Shown here one piece after another: positions 38,571 to 49,535 of a DNA stretch of 64,000 nucleotides (the first letter of the stretch is position 1; each line of letters begins with the position of its first letter). A program made the position numbers and the translations under genes. The stretch covers positions 5,087,174-5,151,173 of the forward strand of contig CM119264.1 of NCBI GenBank assembly GCA_051294375.1, read 5' to 3'. Under the pieces are notes generated by a model. It had not been told where the DNA came from and made no database searches. It saw nothing but the letters and a program-made list of their open reading frames with translations. This stretch comes from Paraspadella gotoi. Its lineage: Eukaryota; Animalia; Chaetognatha.

Positions 38571-41500
38571 CCGAACCCGTGCCGCTCGCGCCGTGCCGGC
38601 CAATCTGCCCGCGGCGGCACAGCACAATTTCGACAACGCCGACCCCAATTGGTGGAAGAATTTCTTCCATGATTTCGATCCCTTCAAAAATCCTTGGCTG
38701 CAGAAAAAGACCAACGACAACGACGACGACGACGACGAAAACAACGTCGCTAAATTTACGGTGAGAAAGAATTTCCTTTTCCCTTTTGTTTTTCCTGATT
38801 GCCTTTTGAATTTCTCTCTCTCTTTCTCTCTCTCTCTTCCTCTCTTCTTCTCTCTCTCCTCTCTCTGCTCTCTCTTTATCTCTCCTCTACTCTCTCCTCC
38901 TCTCTCCTTTCTTTCTTCATCTTTCTTTCTTTCTTTGCTTCTTTCTCTTAGTCTTTCTTACTCTTTTCTTGTCCTTTCTTTCTTTCCTGGTCTCCTGTCT
39001 GCCGTGGTTTTCTCTTCTCTCTGTCCACTGTCCTGCCTTTCTAACTTAATCCTAACATTGTATAAACTGGCATAATTTGGTAACGTGGCTGATATCAATT
39101 TGGTTAACTGTCCATATTATGCTCAAATCAGGCAATAATTTGGTCAACTGGCATAATTTTATCAAAAGTGGCATGAATTTGCATCAATTTGCAGAAGTTT
39201 GGTGCACTTTGAATAAATTTTGTCAACTAGCATAATTTTGTCGTTGAATTCAATTCAATCAATTAACAATCAATTCAAGTCAGCAGAGAGTAATTAGATG
39301 AGGAAACTATTAAAATTCAATAAATGTGTTTTGTTTTACTAATTTAAACTCTTTTTCCACTTCCTACGATTCCATTCATTAAATTTCCCTATCCCAGCTT
39401 AGCAATTATACTTCCACACCCACACACGAAAATTTCATTTCCAATCCATGCCATCCTATATCACGAGTAATTGGACAAGTTTAATGAAAGGCTTGGGACG
39501 ACACTTCTGGACCAGCAGAGACAGACGACGACGACGGACACGGGAACGACGCAATCTTTATTTGCACACAATTTATCATAATTCGATTTTCTGACTGATG
39601 TGTAAATGAGTACCCGAACAAATTTGAGGGGACAGCGACGGACCCGACAAGAGTGGGATTATAGATTCCGGGAATCTGGCTTGAAGCAGATCTCGACTAA
39701 AAGTTAAAAAAAAAAAAGANNNNNNNNNNNNNNNNNNNNNNNNNCTTTCTTTCTTTCTTTCTTTCTTTCTGTCTCTGTCTGCCCGTTGGTTTTCTCTCTC
39801 TCTCTGTCCCTGTCCTGCTTTCTAACTTACTCTACATTGTATAACTGGCATAATTTGGTAAACTGGCATAATTTGGTTAACTGTCATATTATGCTCAACC
39901 GGCATAATTTGGTCAACTGGCATAATTTTATCAAGTGGCATAATTTGATCAATTTGCAGAATTTGGTCACTTGAATAATTTTGTCAACTAGCATAATTTT
40001 GTCGATTAATCAATCAATCAATCAATCAATCAATCAGAGAGAGATAGATTGAAGGAAACTATTAAAAATTCAAATAAATGTGTCTTTTGGTTTTCTAATT
40101 TAAACTCTTTTCCACTTCTACGATTCCATCATAAATTTCTATCCAGCTTAGCAATATACTTTCCTACCCACACACAAAATTTCATTCCAATCCATGCCAT
40201 TCTATATCACGAGTAAAGTAATTGGGAGTTTAAAATGAAAAGGTTGGGACGACACCTTCTGGACCAGACAGACAACAGACCAGACGGACGGACGGACGGA
40301 CGGACGGGAACGGAAACCGGACAATCATTTTATTTTTGCATCAACAATTTATCATAATTCGATGTTCTGAGCTTGAAAATGTGTAAATGAGTACCCAACA
40401 AATTTACGGGGGGGACAAGCGACGGACCGACAAAGTGGATATAGATTCCGGGAATCCTGTTAGAAGCAGATCCACTAAAAGTAAAAAAAAAAAAGANNNN
40501 NNNNNNNNNNNNNNNNNNNNNNNNNNNNNNNNNNNNNNNNNNNNNNNNNNNNNNNNNNNNNNNNNNNNNNNNNNNNNNNNNNNNNNNNNNNNNNNNNNNN
40601 NNNNNNNNNNNNNNNNNNNNNNNNNNNNNNNNNNNNNNNNNNNNNNNNNNNNNNNNNNNNNNNNNNNNNNNNNNNNNNNNNNNNNNNNNNNNNNNNNNNN
40701 NNNNNNNNNNNNNNNNNNNNNNNNNNNNNNNNNNNNNNNNNNNNNNNNNNNNNNNNNNNNNNNNNNNNNNNNNNNNNNNNNNNNNNNNNNNNNNNNNNNN
40801 NNNNNNNNNNNNNNNNNNNNNNNNNNNNNNNNNNNNNNNNNNNNNNNNNNNNNNNNNNNNNNNNNNNNNNNNNNNNNNNNNNNNNNNNNNNNNNNNNNNN
40901 NNNNNNNNNNNNNNNNNNNNNNNNNNNNNNNNNNNNNNNNNNNNNNNNNNNNNNNNNNNNNNNNNNNNNNNNNNNNNNNNNNNNNNNNNNNNNNNNNNNN
41001 NNNNNNNNNNNNNNNNNNNNNNNNNNNNNNNNNNNNNNNNNNNNNNNNNNNNNNNNNNNNNNNNNNNNNNNNNNNNNNNNNNNNNNNNNNNNNNNNNNNN
41101 NNNNNNNNNNNNNNNNNNNNNNNNNNNNNNNNNNNNNNNNNNNNNNNNNNNNNNNNNNNNNAAGGGTAAAGACCCGAAGAATGACGGCGGGAAAATGGGC
41201 GTGGCTCGAGATAAATGACTTTTCGAATCACGACGCCGATGATCGGATGGAAACGCCGACGGCTTTNNNNNNNNNNNNNNNNNNNNNNNNNNNNNNNNNN
41301 NNNNNNNNNNNNNNNNNNNNNNNNNNNNNNNNNNNNNNNNNNNNNNNNNNNNNNNNNNNNNNNNNNNNNNNNNNNNNNNNNNNNNNNNNNNNNNNNNNNN
41401 NNNNNNNNNNNNNNNNNNNNNNNNNNNNNNNNNNNNNNNNNNNNNNNNNNNNNNNNNNNNNNNNNNNNNNNNNNNNNNNNNNNNNNNNNNNNNNNNNNNN

Positions 41501-43409
41501 NNNNNNNNNNNNNNNNNNNNNNNNNNNNNNNNNNNNNNNNNNNNNNNNNNNNNNNNNNNNNNNNNNNNNNTCTCTGCATTTCTTCCATTTCATTCTAATT
41601 TCCTTTTCTCGCTCTGGTTTTTGGTTTCTTGCGAATTTTTCTCTCCTGATAAACTTCTTCATCTTCGTCCTTAACATAAAAAAAAAGGGATTTGTGAGTC
41701 TTGAGTCAGTGATTCACGTGATTCAGTCAGGATTTACATGTGATTCAGTAAGAATTTTTAGGCGATTCTATAAGCCTTTTAACGTTATTCTGTAAGATGT
41801 TTCACATGATTCAGTAAGACTTTTGACTAGATTCACCGTGGCTTTCAATCCATTCAGTGAGGCTTTTCACGCCCTTTGACGACGGTGACTTTCGCGAGTT
41901 GAATTTAAAATTTATTCGAGGTTCTTTGGGTTCTAAACGTACAAGTTGACCCTATCCATAAAACGGGACCCCGCCATGAAAAAAATGTCCTTTTCCTGCG
42001 GTTTGACCCCATAAAAAACAACCGAGTCGCAAAACGACGATGCAAGTCGTAAACAGAAATCAATTCTATTTTTTTCTATATATATTTTTTATGTTACCGC
42101 TATTTTTAATCCCTTAGTTTTCTATAGTTAATTTTTTACATAATATATTATATAATATATATTTACTATATAATTTTACTTACTTAAATGGTACTTTGAA
42201 TTTAAGAATCAGTTTTATGACAAAATACCTATTTTAACCAAAGTGTCAAGAAAAAAAAATCAAGGTCTGCTTTCATCTCCGACGTTTTTCTCTCTTAAAT
42301 TCCAAGGATCTTTGGCGCCCGATGTTTTTGGCTTGTGNNNNNNNNNNNNNNNNNNNNNNNNNNNNNNNNNNNNNNNNNNNNNNNNNNNNNNNNNNNNNNN
42401 NNNNNNNNNNNNNNNNNNNNNNNNNNNNNNNNNNNNNNNNNNNNNNNNNNNNNNNNNNNNNNNNNNNNNNNNNNNNNNNNNNNNNNNNNNNNNNNNNNNN
42501 NNNNNNNNNNNNNNNNNNNNNNNNNNNNNNNNNNNNNNNNNNNNNNNNNNNNNNNNNNNNNNNNNNNNNNNGAAACTTTTGAAAGGTTCCAATTTTTCCT
42601 TCAATCTGCTATTTAGTTTTTGCCTAGTTTTAATGTTAATATAATATTTATTTTAAAAAAGTTCTTTGTTCTTTGATTGTAAAGATGTTAAAAATCGCGA
42701 AAATATCACGAGCGATTTACCGTGGATTTAAATCTGCGATATAANNNNNNNNNNNNNNNNNNNNNNNNNNNNNNNNNNNNNNNNNNNNNNNNNNNNNNNN
42801 NNNNNNNNNNNNNNNNNNNNNNNNNNNNNNNNNNNNNNNNNNNNNNNNNNNNNNNNNNNNNNNNNNNNNNNNNNNNNNNNNNNNNNNNNNNNNNNNNNNN
42901 NNNNNCGAGTTGAAATTGCATTTCACGCCCATCAGAATCGCTCAGTTGTCGTCGTCGTTGTCGTCGTTGTTGTCGGCGTCTCTCCCTCCGGACTATGTCG
43001 GTCTGTCCGTCTGAATGAAATCCTGTCGTTGCAAACGTCAGTAAACAAAGAGAAACTATCCCCGTCCCACTTTCTCTACCTCAGCCCTCCAGGGAACTTG
43101 GGAGTGGGAGAACGGCGCCTGGCGATGGCATCACGTCGGTACTCACGGCGCCGCCCACGACCGCGACGCCGCGTCGAAGAACGCCGCGAGGTGAGGACTC
43201 GGCGCCCCATGGAAAGTTAGTTCCGAATCAGCTCTAGTACCAAATTGAGAAAATCTGTCTGAAGGCTCAAAACGCGAGAAGAGAAGAAAATATAAGCAGA
43301 ATGAAAGTTTTTTTTTAAATCCGTCTGAAGCGAAAAGAGAGGGAATGATATCAGGTCTAGTGATAAAAAAATAGGAGAGAGAAAGAAAAGAAGAAAGAAA
43401 TGATGAAAA

Positions 43410-43449
<40 letters not shown>

Positions 43450-43990
43450 GAGAAAGAAAGAGAGAAAGAAAGCGAAAAAGGAAAAGCGTTCTATTTTTTC
43501 TTATTTTCCCGCCTTATATTCGCTCTACATCCCGACTTTTCTCTCAGTTTCTCCAACTCCATTCCTTCGCGTAACTCGAACCCTTTCCCCGCCGCCACCG
43601 CCGACGCCACCGCCGACGCCGCCTGGTGGAAAAAATGGCGACAGCTCAACTCGGGGTCCGACGTTTACGGAATAAATCACAAAAACAACAACAACAACCA
43701 CAACTTTAAACCTCCAAAAAACATCGGGCGAGTCACAGGCAAAAGCAGCTACCATGACGAATTTCACAACATCAACAATAACAACAACAACATCGATCAC
43801 GGGGACCGTGGAACGCATCTGGGCGCCGGCGCCAAACACGACAACGACCACGACGACGACTATTACTACGACTACGACGATGAAGACGATTTTCGTAGCG
43901 GCGAATTGAAAACTGGCGTCGGTAAAGCGTCGGGCGTCAGAGACGACAACGGCGGCGACGTTGTCGGTAAAAAAGCCGACAGGATTAAAG
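38571..43990 (+). CDS. putative internal exons 38571-38760, 43093-43190, 43548-43990 (possibly also 41162-41266) of a Trp/Asn/Asp-rich protein
   Basis: AG/GT boundaries (GTGAGA at 38761, CTCCAG at 43092, GTGAGG at 43191, CTCTCAG at 43547, GTTTGT at 43991). Phases 0/0 and 2/2 are compatible. Open frame: RTRAARAVPAN..DPNWWKNFFHDFDPFKNPW..|GTWEWENGAWRWHHVG..|FSNSIP..DAAWWKKWRQ..DDDYYYDYDDEDD..ADRIK. Gaps between the exons could hide further exons. Confidence 0.6.
39060..40495 (-). mobile_element. family B HINE-like element present twice in tandem (39060-39719 noisy; 39830-40495)
   Basis: 18-bp AACTGGCATAATTTGGT array, CTTTCCTACCCACACACAAAATTT core, (GACG)n tract and AGCAGATC end in both copies, separated by a 25-N gap. 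Confidence 0.7.
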
Positions 43991-44109
43991 GTTTGTTTAT
44001 TTTTCTGCATCAGGTGAAGAAGGTTTAAATCAAAATTGGTTTTTGTCTCTTGTCGGTTATTGCTAGTCTGATTTTTTTCATTTTTTAACATTTCGTGACA
44101 GTATATATA

Positions 44110-44245
44110 TTAAGGCGGGCCAAAATTGATCACTTTTTATCATTAAGAGTTCTGTAATATAATATTCATTTGTTCATCACATACTTAATCAATATTTAAT
44201 ATCACTTTTTAACTAGTGAAGCACAGTATAACATTAAAGCATTTA
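44110..44245 (+). mobile_element. truncated MITE-like family A end abutting the Gypsy fragment
   Basis: TTAAGGCGGGCCAAAATTGATCACTTTTTATCATTAAGAGTTCTGTAATAT. Confidence 0.6.
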
Positions 44246-47200
44246 GTGAATCTGACGGACAGATGCAAGCCCGTACAACCTTTGCTGGAGCTGGTCACAA
44301 TTGGTGGATGAACAAGCTACCAATGGGAAGCGTCACAGTGTCAACGTCCTCCAGGCCATCCTGGATGAAATCTTAAGGACTTGGGCACCGATGTCAAAGT
44401 TTTTTGATCTATGTTGATGACCTCATCCTCACAGCTAAGTCACCGGAAGATATGCGGCAAGGCTCCGTGATCTGCTGCAAAAAATGCAGGGACGAAAAAT
44501 GTGGTCCTCAAGTGGACCAAGAGCGTCCTGCTACGCAAGAGGACATCAAGATCCTTGGATTCAGCATATCCAAGAACAAGCTCATGCCTCAAAAGGAAAA
44601 GCCTTGAGGCAGTGGAGTCAATGCTCAAGAAACTGAAAACCCAAAAAGAACTAAGGGCAATGCTGGCTCCCTAAACTACTACAGATGTTTTACCCACCGC
44701 TTCTCGTACATGGCCCAGCCACTTCACGCACTGACACTTCTTAGATAAAAAGGACTTCACAACTCACCGTGAGCACCTGCAAATGCTGGCAGCAACTGGT
44801 GGAGGAGATCAAAACCTCGCCTGGGCTAAACTTCCTGAATGACTCACGATCAACATGGAACATACAGAATCTACGCGATGCCAGCACAAGTGCAATGGTG
44901 GGTTGATGACTGCCACTGCTGATGGTGTCGAGTATCCTCTATCCTTCACTCCAAGTCATTTCCAGAAGAATATAGGATAAAACATATAAACATTCTGAGA
45001 CCCTGGCCTTCAACTGATGGTCAGGAAGTTCAAGGCCACACATGTGGAGGAGGGTCACACTTGTCACTTGACTCACAATATTTAAGAGAGTGATGGACCT
45101 TCAGCATGACAGGCGCAAATTCTGCCAACAAACGTTTTAAGATGGATCACAGAGATCCGCCAGGAGTGCCAGCCCCAAGGAAGTCATTCTTGTCAAAAGT
45201 GAGGACAATCCTGCAGACTTCCTCACACGCTTACAGAACAGGTCAAGTCAACCACTGGACACCCCCTTCTTTCCAGCGGCTTTGATGTCAATGGCGAGTA
45301 TGAACCTGGCTTTGCCGAGAACCCTATAAAGGAATATGAAAACGCCGAGCACCTTGACCTTGTGACGGGACATGCCCAACATTGGCACTAATGGCACAAA
45401 CTCTACAGGAAGAACCGAAAACCTCAGAGTCAAGTTCTTTAAATTTGTGCGCCGAAGATTTGCTGAAAGAAGGTCAAACATCGAGAAGTTGTATGGTAAA
45501 CGAAAACCAAAACGCCGACACCTTCATAAGGACCATCTCAGCAAAGGATTGGAGCTTGGCCATCCAGAGCTTGAACTGCTAAGTGAGATGACTGGGCATC
45601 ACATTGGCATTTGGACGAGGACTCTGCCGCGAGAAAACTGGCTGCAATTTGAAAGGATATATGGTCCTCCAGAAGGTGACAGAAAAATCAAAATCTTTAG
45701 AACAATACCGGGCCAAGTCAGCCTTGTCAGCGATGAACACAATCAACCAACTCTCCGCCCCATCAAAAATGACCAATCCAAAACAATTGAAGTAGCAACT
45801 TTAAGGCGGCCTGATCCCGTGGAAGGCCCAGGAGACTTCAGGTCAATGCCATCATGTCAAACACCCTCCCAGATGACCTTGTCAGCATACAGATGATAAT
45901 GAAGAACACGCCCACCCTCAGGCATATACCCAAAATGGATAGCTGCTGTGGAGGGTTGAAACAAGATGGCCAGGCGCCGAGAGAAAAGTCATGGTAGACA
46001 GCACCCTGAGGCCGGACATCGATGCCACGGAGCTGAGGTCGAGGAGGAGATTGCTAAAACGCCCAAGAAAGAAAAGAAGAACTTGTCCCAATAGCCACTG
46101 AAGTTAAGGCATGGCAACAAGAAGATGAATCCTTCAAACTTGTAGTTATGCTCTCATAAAGCGATCAAGAAGGTGCAAAGAAAAAGCTTGATTAAAAAAT
46201 GCAAAAAGGAAACAGTGACAGAAAAATATCTTCCAATTGCCATCGCGATCTGATGTACCAGCAAGGAATCCTCATCCTCAGGGGCTACAAAGCTGATGCT
46301 CCCAACAAGCAAATTTGTCGTCCCACCAAACAGAGCTGAGGAAATCACCAAGCAGCTCCACAAGCATTTTGGACATCCTGCCGAGACAGGAACAGCCTTC
46401 ATCACAGCCCAATCATTCGCACCAGGATTGTCAGCAGCAGCAACAAAATGTTTAAGAAACTGTGAAACTGTGCCAAGGCTACTGATGCCCAAGCACAATG
46501 AGACACCCTCAGCACCCAACCTGGCCATTGCACCCTGGAATCCCTCAGCATTGATGTGATGCACCTCCCCCAGCGCTGGATATCATGTCACTAATGCATC
46601 TGAATAATGCATCTGCCTACACCTGGGCCATCCCCTGCGGCCGCGCAGATGCAGCGACAATCGTCAAGGCTTTGGAATGAAAAGATTTTTTGCAACACGT
46701 TCCTATTTAGACCGTAAACTTGATGGTGCCACACACTAAATGGAATTGCCATGAGATCAATATCAATCTACTTGAATACAGTTGGCAGACGCGTATAGTG
46801 GGCCAAAGGACAGCAATAGGGCTGAGAGAGACATTGGCAGGATCCGCCAAGCCTGCCGCAAAGCTGTGGAAGACAAACCCAACAAATGGCTAGAGCAGCT
46901 TCCGCACCTAATGCTCTCCTCAACGCGACGCCCATAGTTGGAATGGAGACAGATATGTCGCCGCATGAAATACAGTTTGGTCACCGACCACGAATGTAAG
47001 AGCGCGGACGACTACACAAAAGAAATCTCATTGACTTTATCGACAAAGGGCTGATAAGCAGGAAAAGCACAAGCCAACTGGCAGAACAAAGACACAGGCT
47101 TTATCGCCAATCAGCACGGAGAAATCCCTACAGACGGCCACAAGACATCAAAATCGGGGACCTGGTACTCACGAGGCGAGACCTGATAATGACAGGCGCT

Positions 47201-47350
47201 GCGCCAACTGAAACAGGTTAAACGGATTTATTCTGGGCCCCATAAAGTGATAGAAAAAGATGGAAATCACTATACGTCATGATCGCCGGCAAAAGCATGA
47301 ATATCACAGACGCCGGCTAAAGCTGCACACAGGAAAAGTGGCGCAGTAAA
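44246..47350 (+). mobile_element. pol: Ty3/Gypsy LTR retrotransposon pol, 5'-truncated and frameshifted (RT - RNase H - extra domain - integrase)
   Basis: RT: NKLPMG and IYVDDLIL (YVDD at 44410-44421). RNase H: DASTSA and VKSEDNPADFLTR (to 45230). Integrase: LHKHFGHP..CxxC-like, SIDVMHL, SNRAERDIG..KPNKWLEQLPHL, SPHEIQFG, GDLVL, GPHKV. RT-RH-IN order is that of Gypsy. Confidence 0.9.
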
Positions 47351-47698
47351 CCAACTGATTAGAAATAAAACTGTAAATATTTTGTACATAGCCTTATCAA
47401 CATGTAGATAATCAAATAGTTTGTGAATAAAGCTCATAATTTCGCAGCCGTAAATTAAACAACGAAATTGAAATCAGAACAAAAACTCAAAATAAACCCT
47501 AAGAAAGAAATTCAGTAAAAAGAATAATAATAACAACAAAAAACAAATGACTCTTTCTCAAGATGACAACGGAAACCGCTTTTCTTCAAAAGTCGCTAAA
47601 CGATAATAGCGACGATAAGGAGACAAAGAGATCCCCTCCTTTAAAAGTCAAGACAGAAGCAACACTCCGGCTACCGACTGACCGCGTCGCCGTCATCT

Positions 47699-48030
47699 GA
47701 GGAGGGGGGGACGCATCACAGAGGAATGAACCCGGAAACAGAGGAAAGGATTAAGGAAGAGGATTCCGGAAGAGGAAGAAGATTCTGGAACGATTTCGAA
47801 CGGGATTTTGGAAGCCAAATCAGAAAGGAACAATACTTTCCGGAAGAGGAAAAGAAGAGGAAGAGGAGGATTCCGGAAGAGGAATCTGGCTTCGTCTACT
47901 TGTCCATTATAAATAGCCTCTGTTTCTGCTTTGATTCACTCTGTCTGAAAATTGACACCGTCTTCTCTTGTCTATTTTCTAATAAAATTCCACCTTGATT
48001 TCATATCGAAATCCCTGTCTTCTTACTTAA
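47699..48030 (+). mobile_element. polypurine tract and probable 3' LTR of the Gypsy element
   Basis: GAGGAGGGGGGGA at 47699-47711, then ~320 bp with internal GATTCCGGAAGAGGAA repeats, TATAAATA at 47908 and AATAAA at 47981. Canonical TG..CA ends are not intact and no second LTR is in the window. Confidence 0.5.
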
Positions 48031-48206
48031 ATGATATATATATATACTTTATTTTTGTCAGGCGTTGCCGATTCGTCTAAAAAAAACGAGTTTGTATAAG
48101 AGGGTATATTCCTTTCAGATGAGATAAATTTGTTATTTTCTTTCATTTCGTTGGTGTAAGTTTAAAAAAGAAAATATTGAATTTCACAACGAATTTTTGT
48201 TTTTAA

Positions 48207-48250
48207 TTTGCATACATGTTCGAATAGTTTTCTATTCATGTCAGTGCAAA
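48207..48250 (-). ncRNA. degenerate type I hammerhead motif (Penelope pLTR-type)
   Basis: Minus strand: TTTGCA-CTGACAT-GAATAG-aaaa-CTATTC-GAACATGTA-TGCAAA. Stem I (6 bp) and stem II (6 bp) are intact; the core appears to be two bases short. Next to a (GA)n tract. Confidence 0.55.
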
Positions 48251-48303
48251 AACATTTTATGAAATTACAAGTTTAGGCAATATTAAAATTAAGTTTGAGA
48301 GAG

Positions 48304-48351
<48 letters not shown>

Positions 48352-48999
48352 TAACAGAGACAGAGAGACAGGCAGACAGAGTCAATAAGATAAAGCTTCC
48401 AACAAAGGATTGAGGGAAAGTTGAACAACAGAAGGGAAGACAGCTGAGTTTTGAGGTCAGGATTGAAGAGTAGAGGAGGAAGATAGAAAATGAAAGGTCG
48501 AGGGAGAAAAGGTAACCCAGGAGGAGGGTGAATGAATTTAGGATTGGTAGCATTGCAGAAGTCGATGTACCACAGCAATAAAAATATGTTTGACTTAAAA
48601 TGGATGAAAGATGAGCAATAACGAAATTAAATAGATATGTGTAGATTATACGTTGTTGTAGTAGTTGGTAATGGGTGAGAAGGAAAGTGAATTAGTGAGG
48701 TGAAAAAGAAAGTTAAAGAAAAAAGCTCAAAGTAAGCTGGCTGTGCTGACTGGCTGGTGTTGGCTGGCTGGCTGGCTGCAGGATGAAGGTCTTGTCGACA
48801 TAAGGGATCGCGTTGGGTGCTTATTCCTTGACACCTCCGGTCACAAGGCAATGACCGTCCCATGACCAGCCCTAACCTGCACTGTGCGGCCTCACCTGAC
48901 GGCGCTACGAAAGGAGTGTAGGGGGCCATCTCACTCAAGACCAGAGACCTTCGAAACCGACTAGTCATTAATCTTTGTTAAATTTTGCGGTTGCATAGA

Positions 49000-49435
49000 T
49001 ATTAGGGTCGGAATAAAGTAAAAATTTAAGAGTTCTGTAATTAAATAATGTTAGAAGCATCGCCTGTGGGATGACGAAATTAAAAAAAAATTAAGATTTT
49101 ATGTATTGTTAATAACATAGAAAGCATTTTAAAGTTTATCTGTACTACTATATAGAATCGATCAAAATTTTTTTTCAAAATAAGAATTTTTAAAAACGTA
49201 GAGATTAAAAAAAAATATTACTACAAACGTTTCCAAATTTTTTTTATTGCTTAAAATTAGCAAAAACTATAAAAATTATGGTCCGACGATAATGATTTTA
49301 AAGAGTTTTTCAAAATATTGAAAAACGCATTATACTTTGTGTAGACAACTGTTTTATGGGCTATCTGAATCCGTTCTGAAAAAATAAAATTTTTTAGAAA
49401 AAATTTTTTTTATTGTCTATGCATTGATAAATATT
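49000..49435 (+). mobile_element. MITE-like family A copy
   Basis: Colinear with 55255-55720 (AAGAGTTCTGTAAT..AGCATC..CTGTG.GAT.ACGAAATT..TATACTTTGTGTAGACAAC). Confidence 0.65.
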
Positions 49436-49535
49436 NNNNNNNNNNNNNNNNNNNNNNNNNNNNNNNNNNNNNNNNNNNNNNNNNNNNNNNNNNNNNNNNN
49501 NNNNNNNNNNNNNNNNNNNNNNNNNNNNNNNNNNN
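49436..49535. other. 100-N scaffolding gap (true distance probably unknown)
   Basis: Exactly 100 N, a common convention for joins of unknown size. Confidence 0.6.

Noticed and set aside
40387-42932. ORFs up to 394 aa
   Set aside because: Almost entirely N gap.
43525-44091. 188-aa Val-rich minus-strand ORF
   Set aside because: Antisense shadow of the Asn/Asp-rich + strand exon 43548-43990.
47563-47700. Next exon of the Trp/Asp-rich gene
   Set aside because: Lies between integrase and the PPT of the Gypsy element; the phase-1 frame stops after about 14 codons.
48785-48966. RNase P/MRP, telomerase RNA or HDV-like ribozyme identity
   Set aside because: Conserved boxes do not fit: no full template, and CR-V spacing and the P3/L3 pattern fail. 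Kept only as an unassigned structure.
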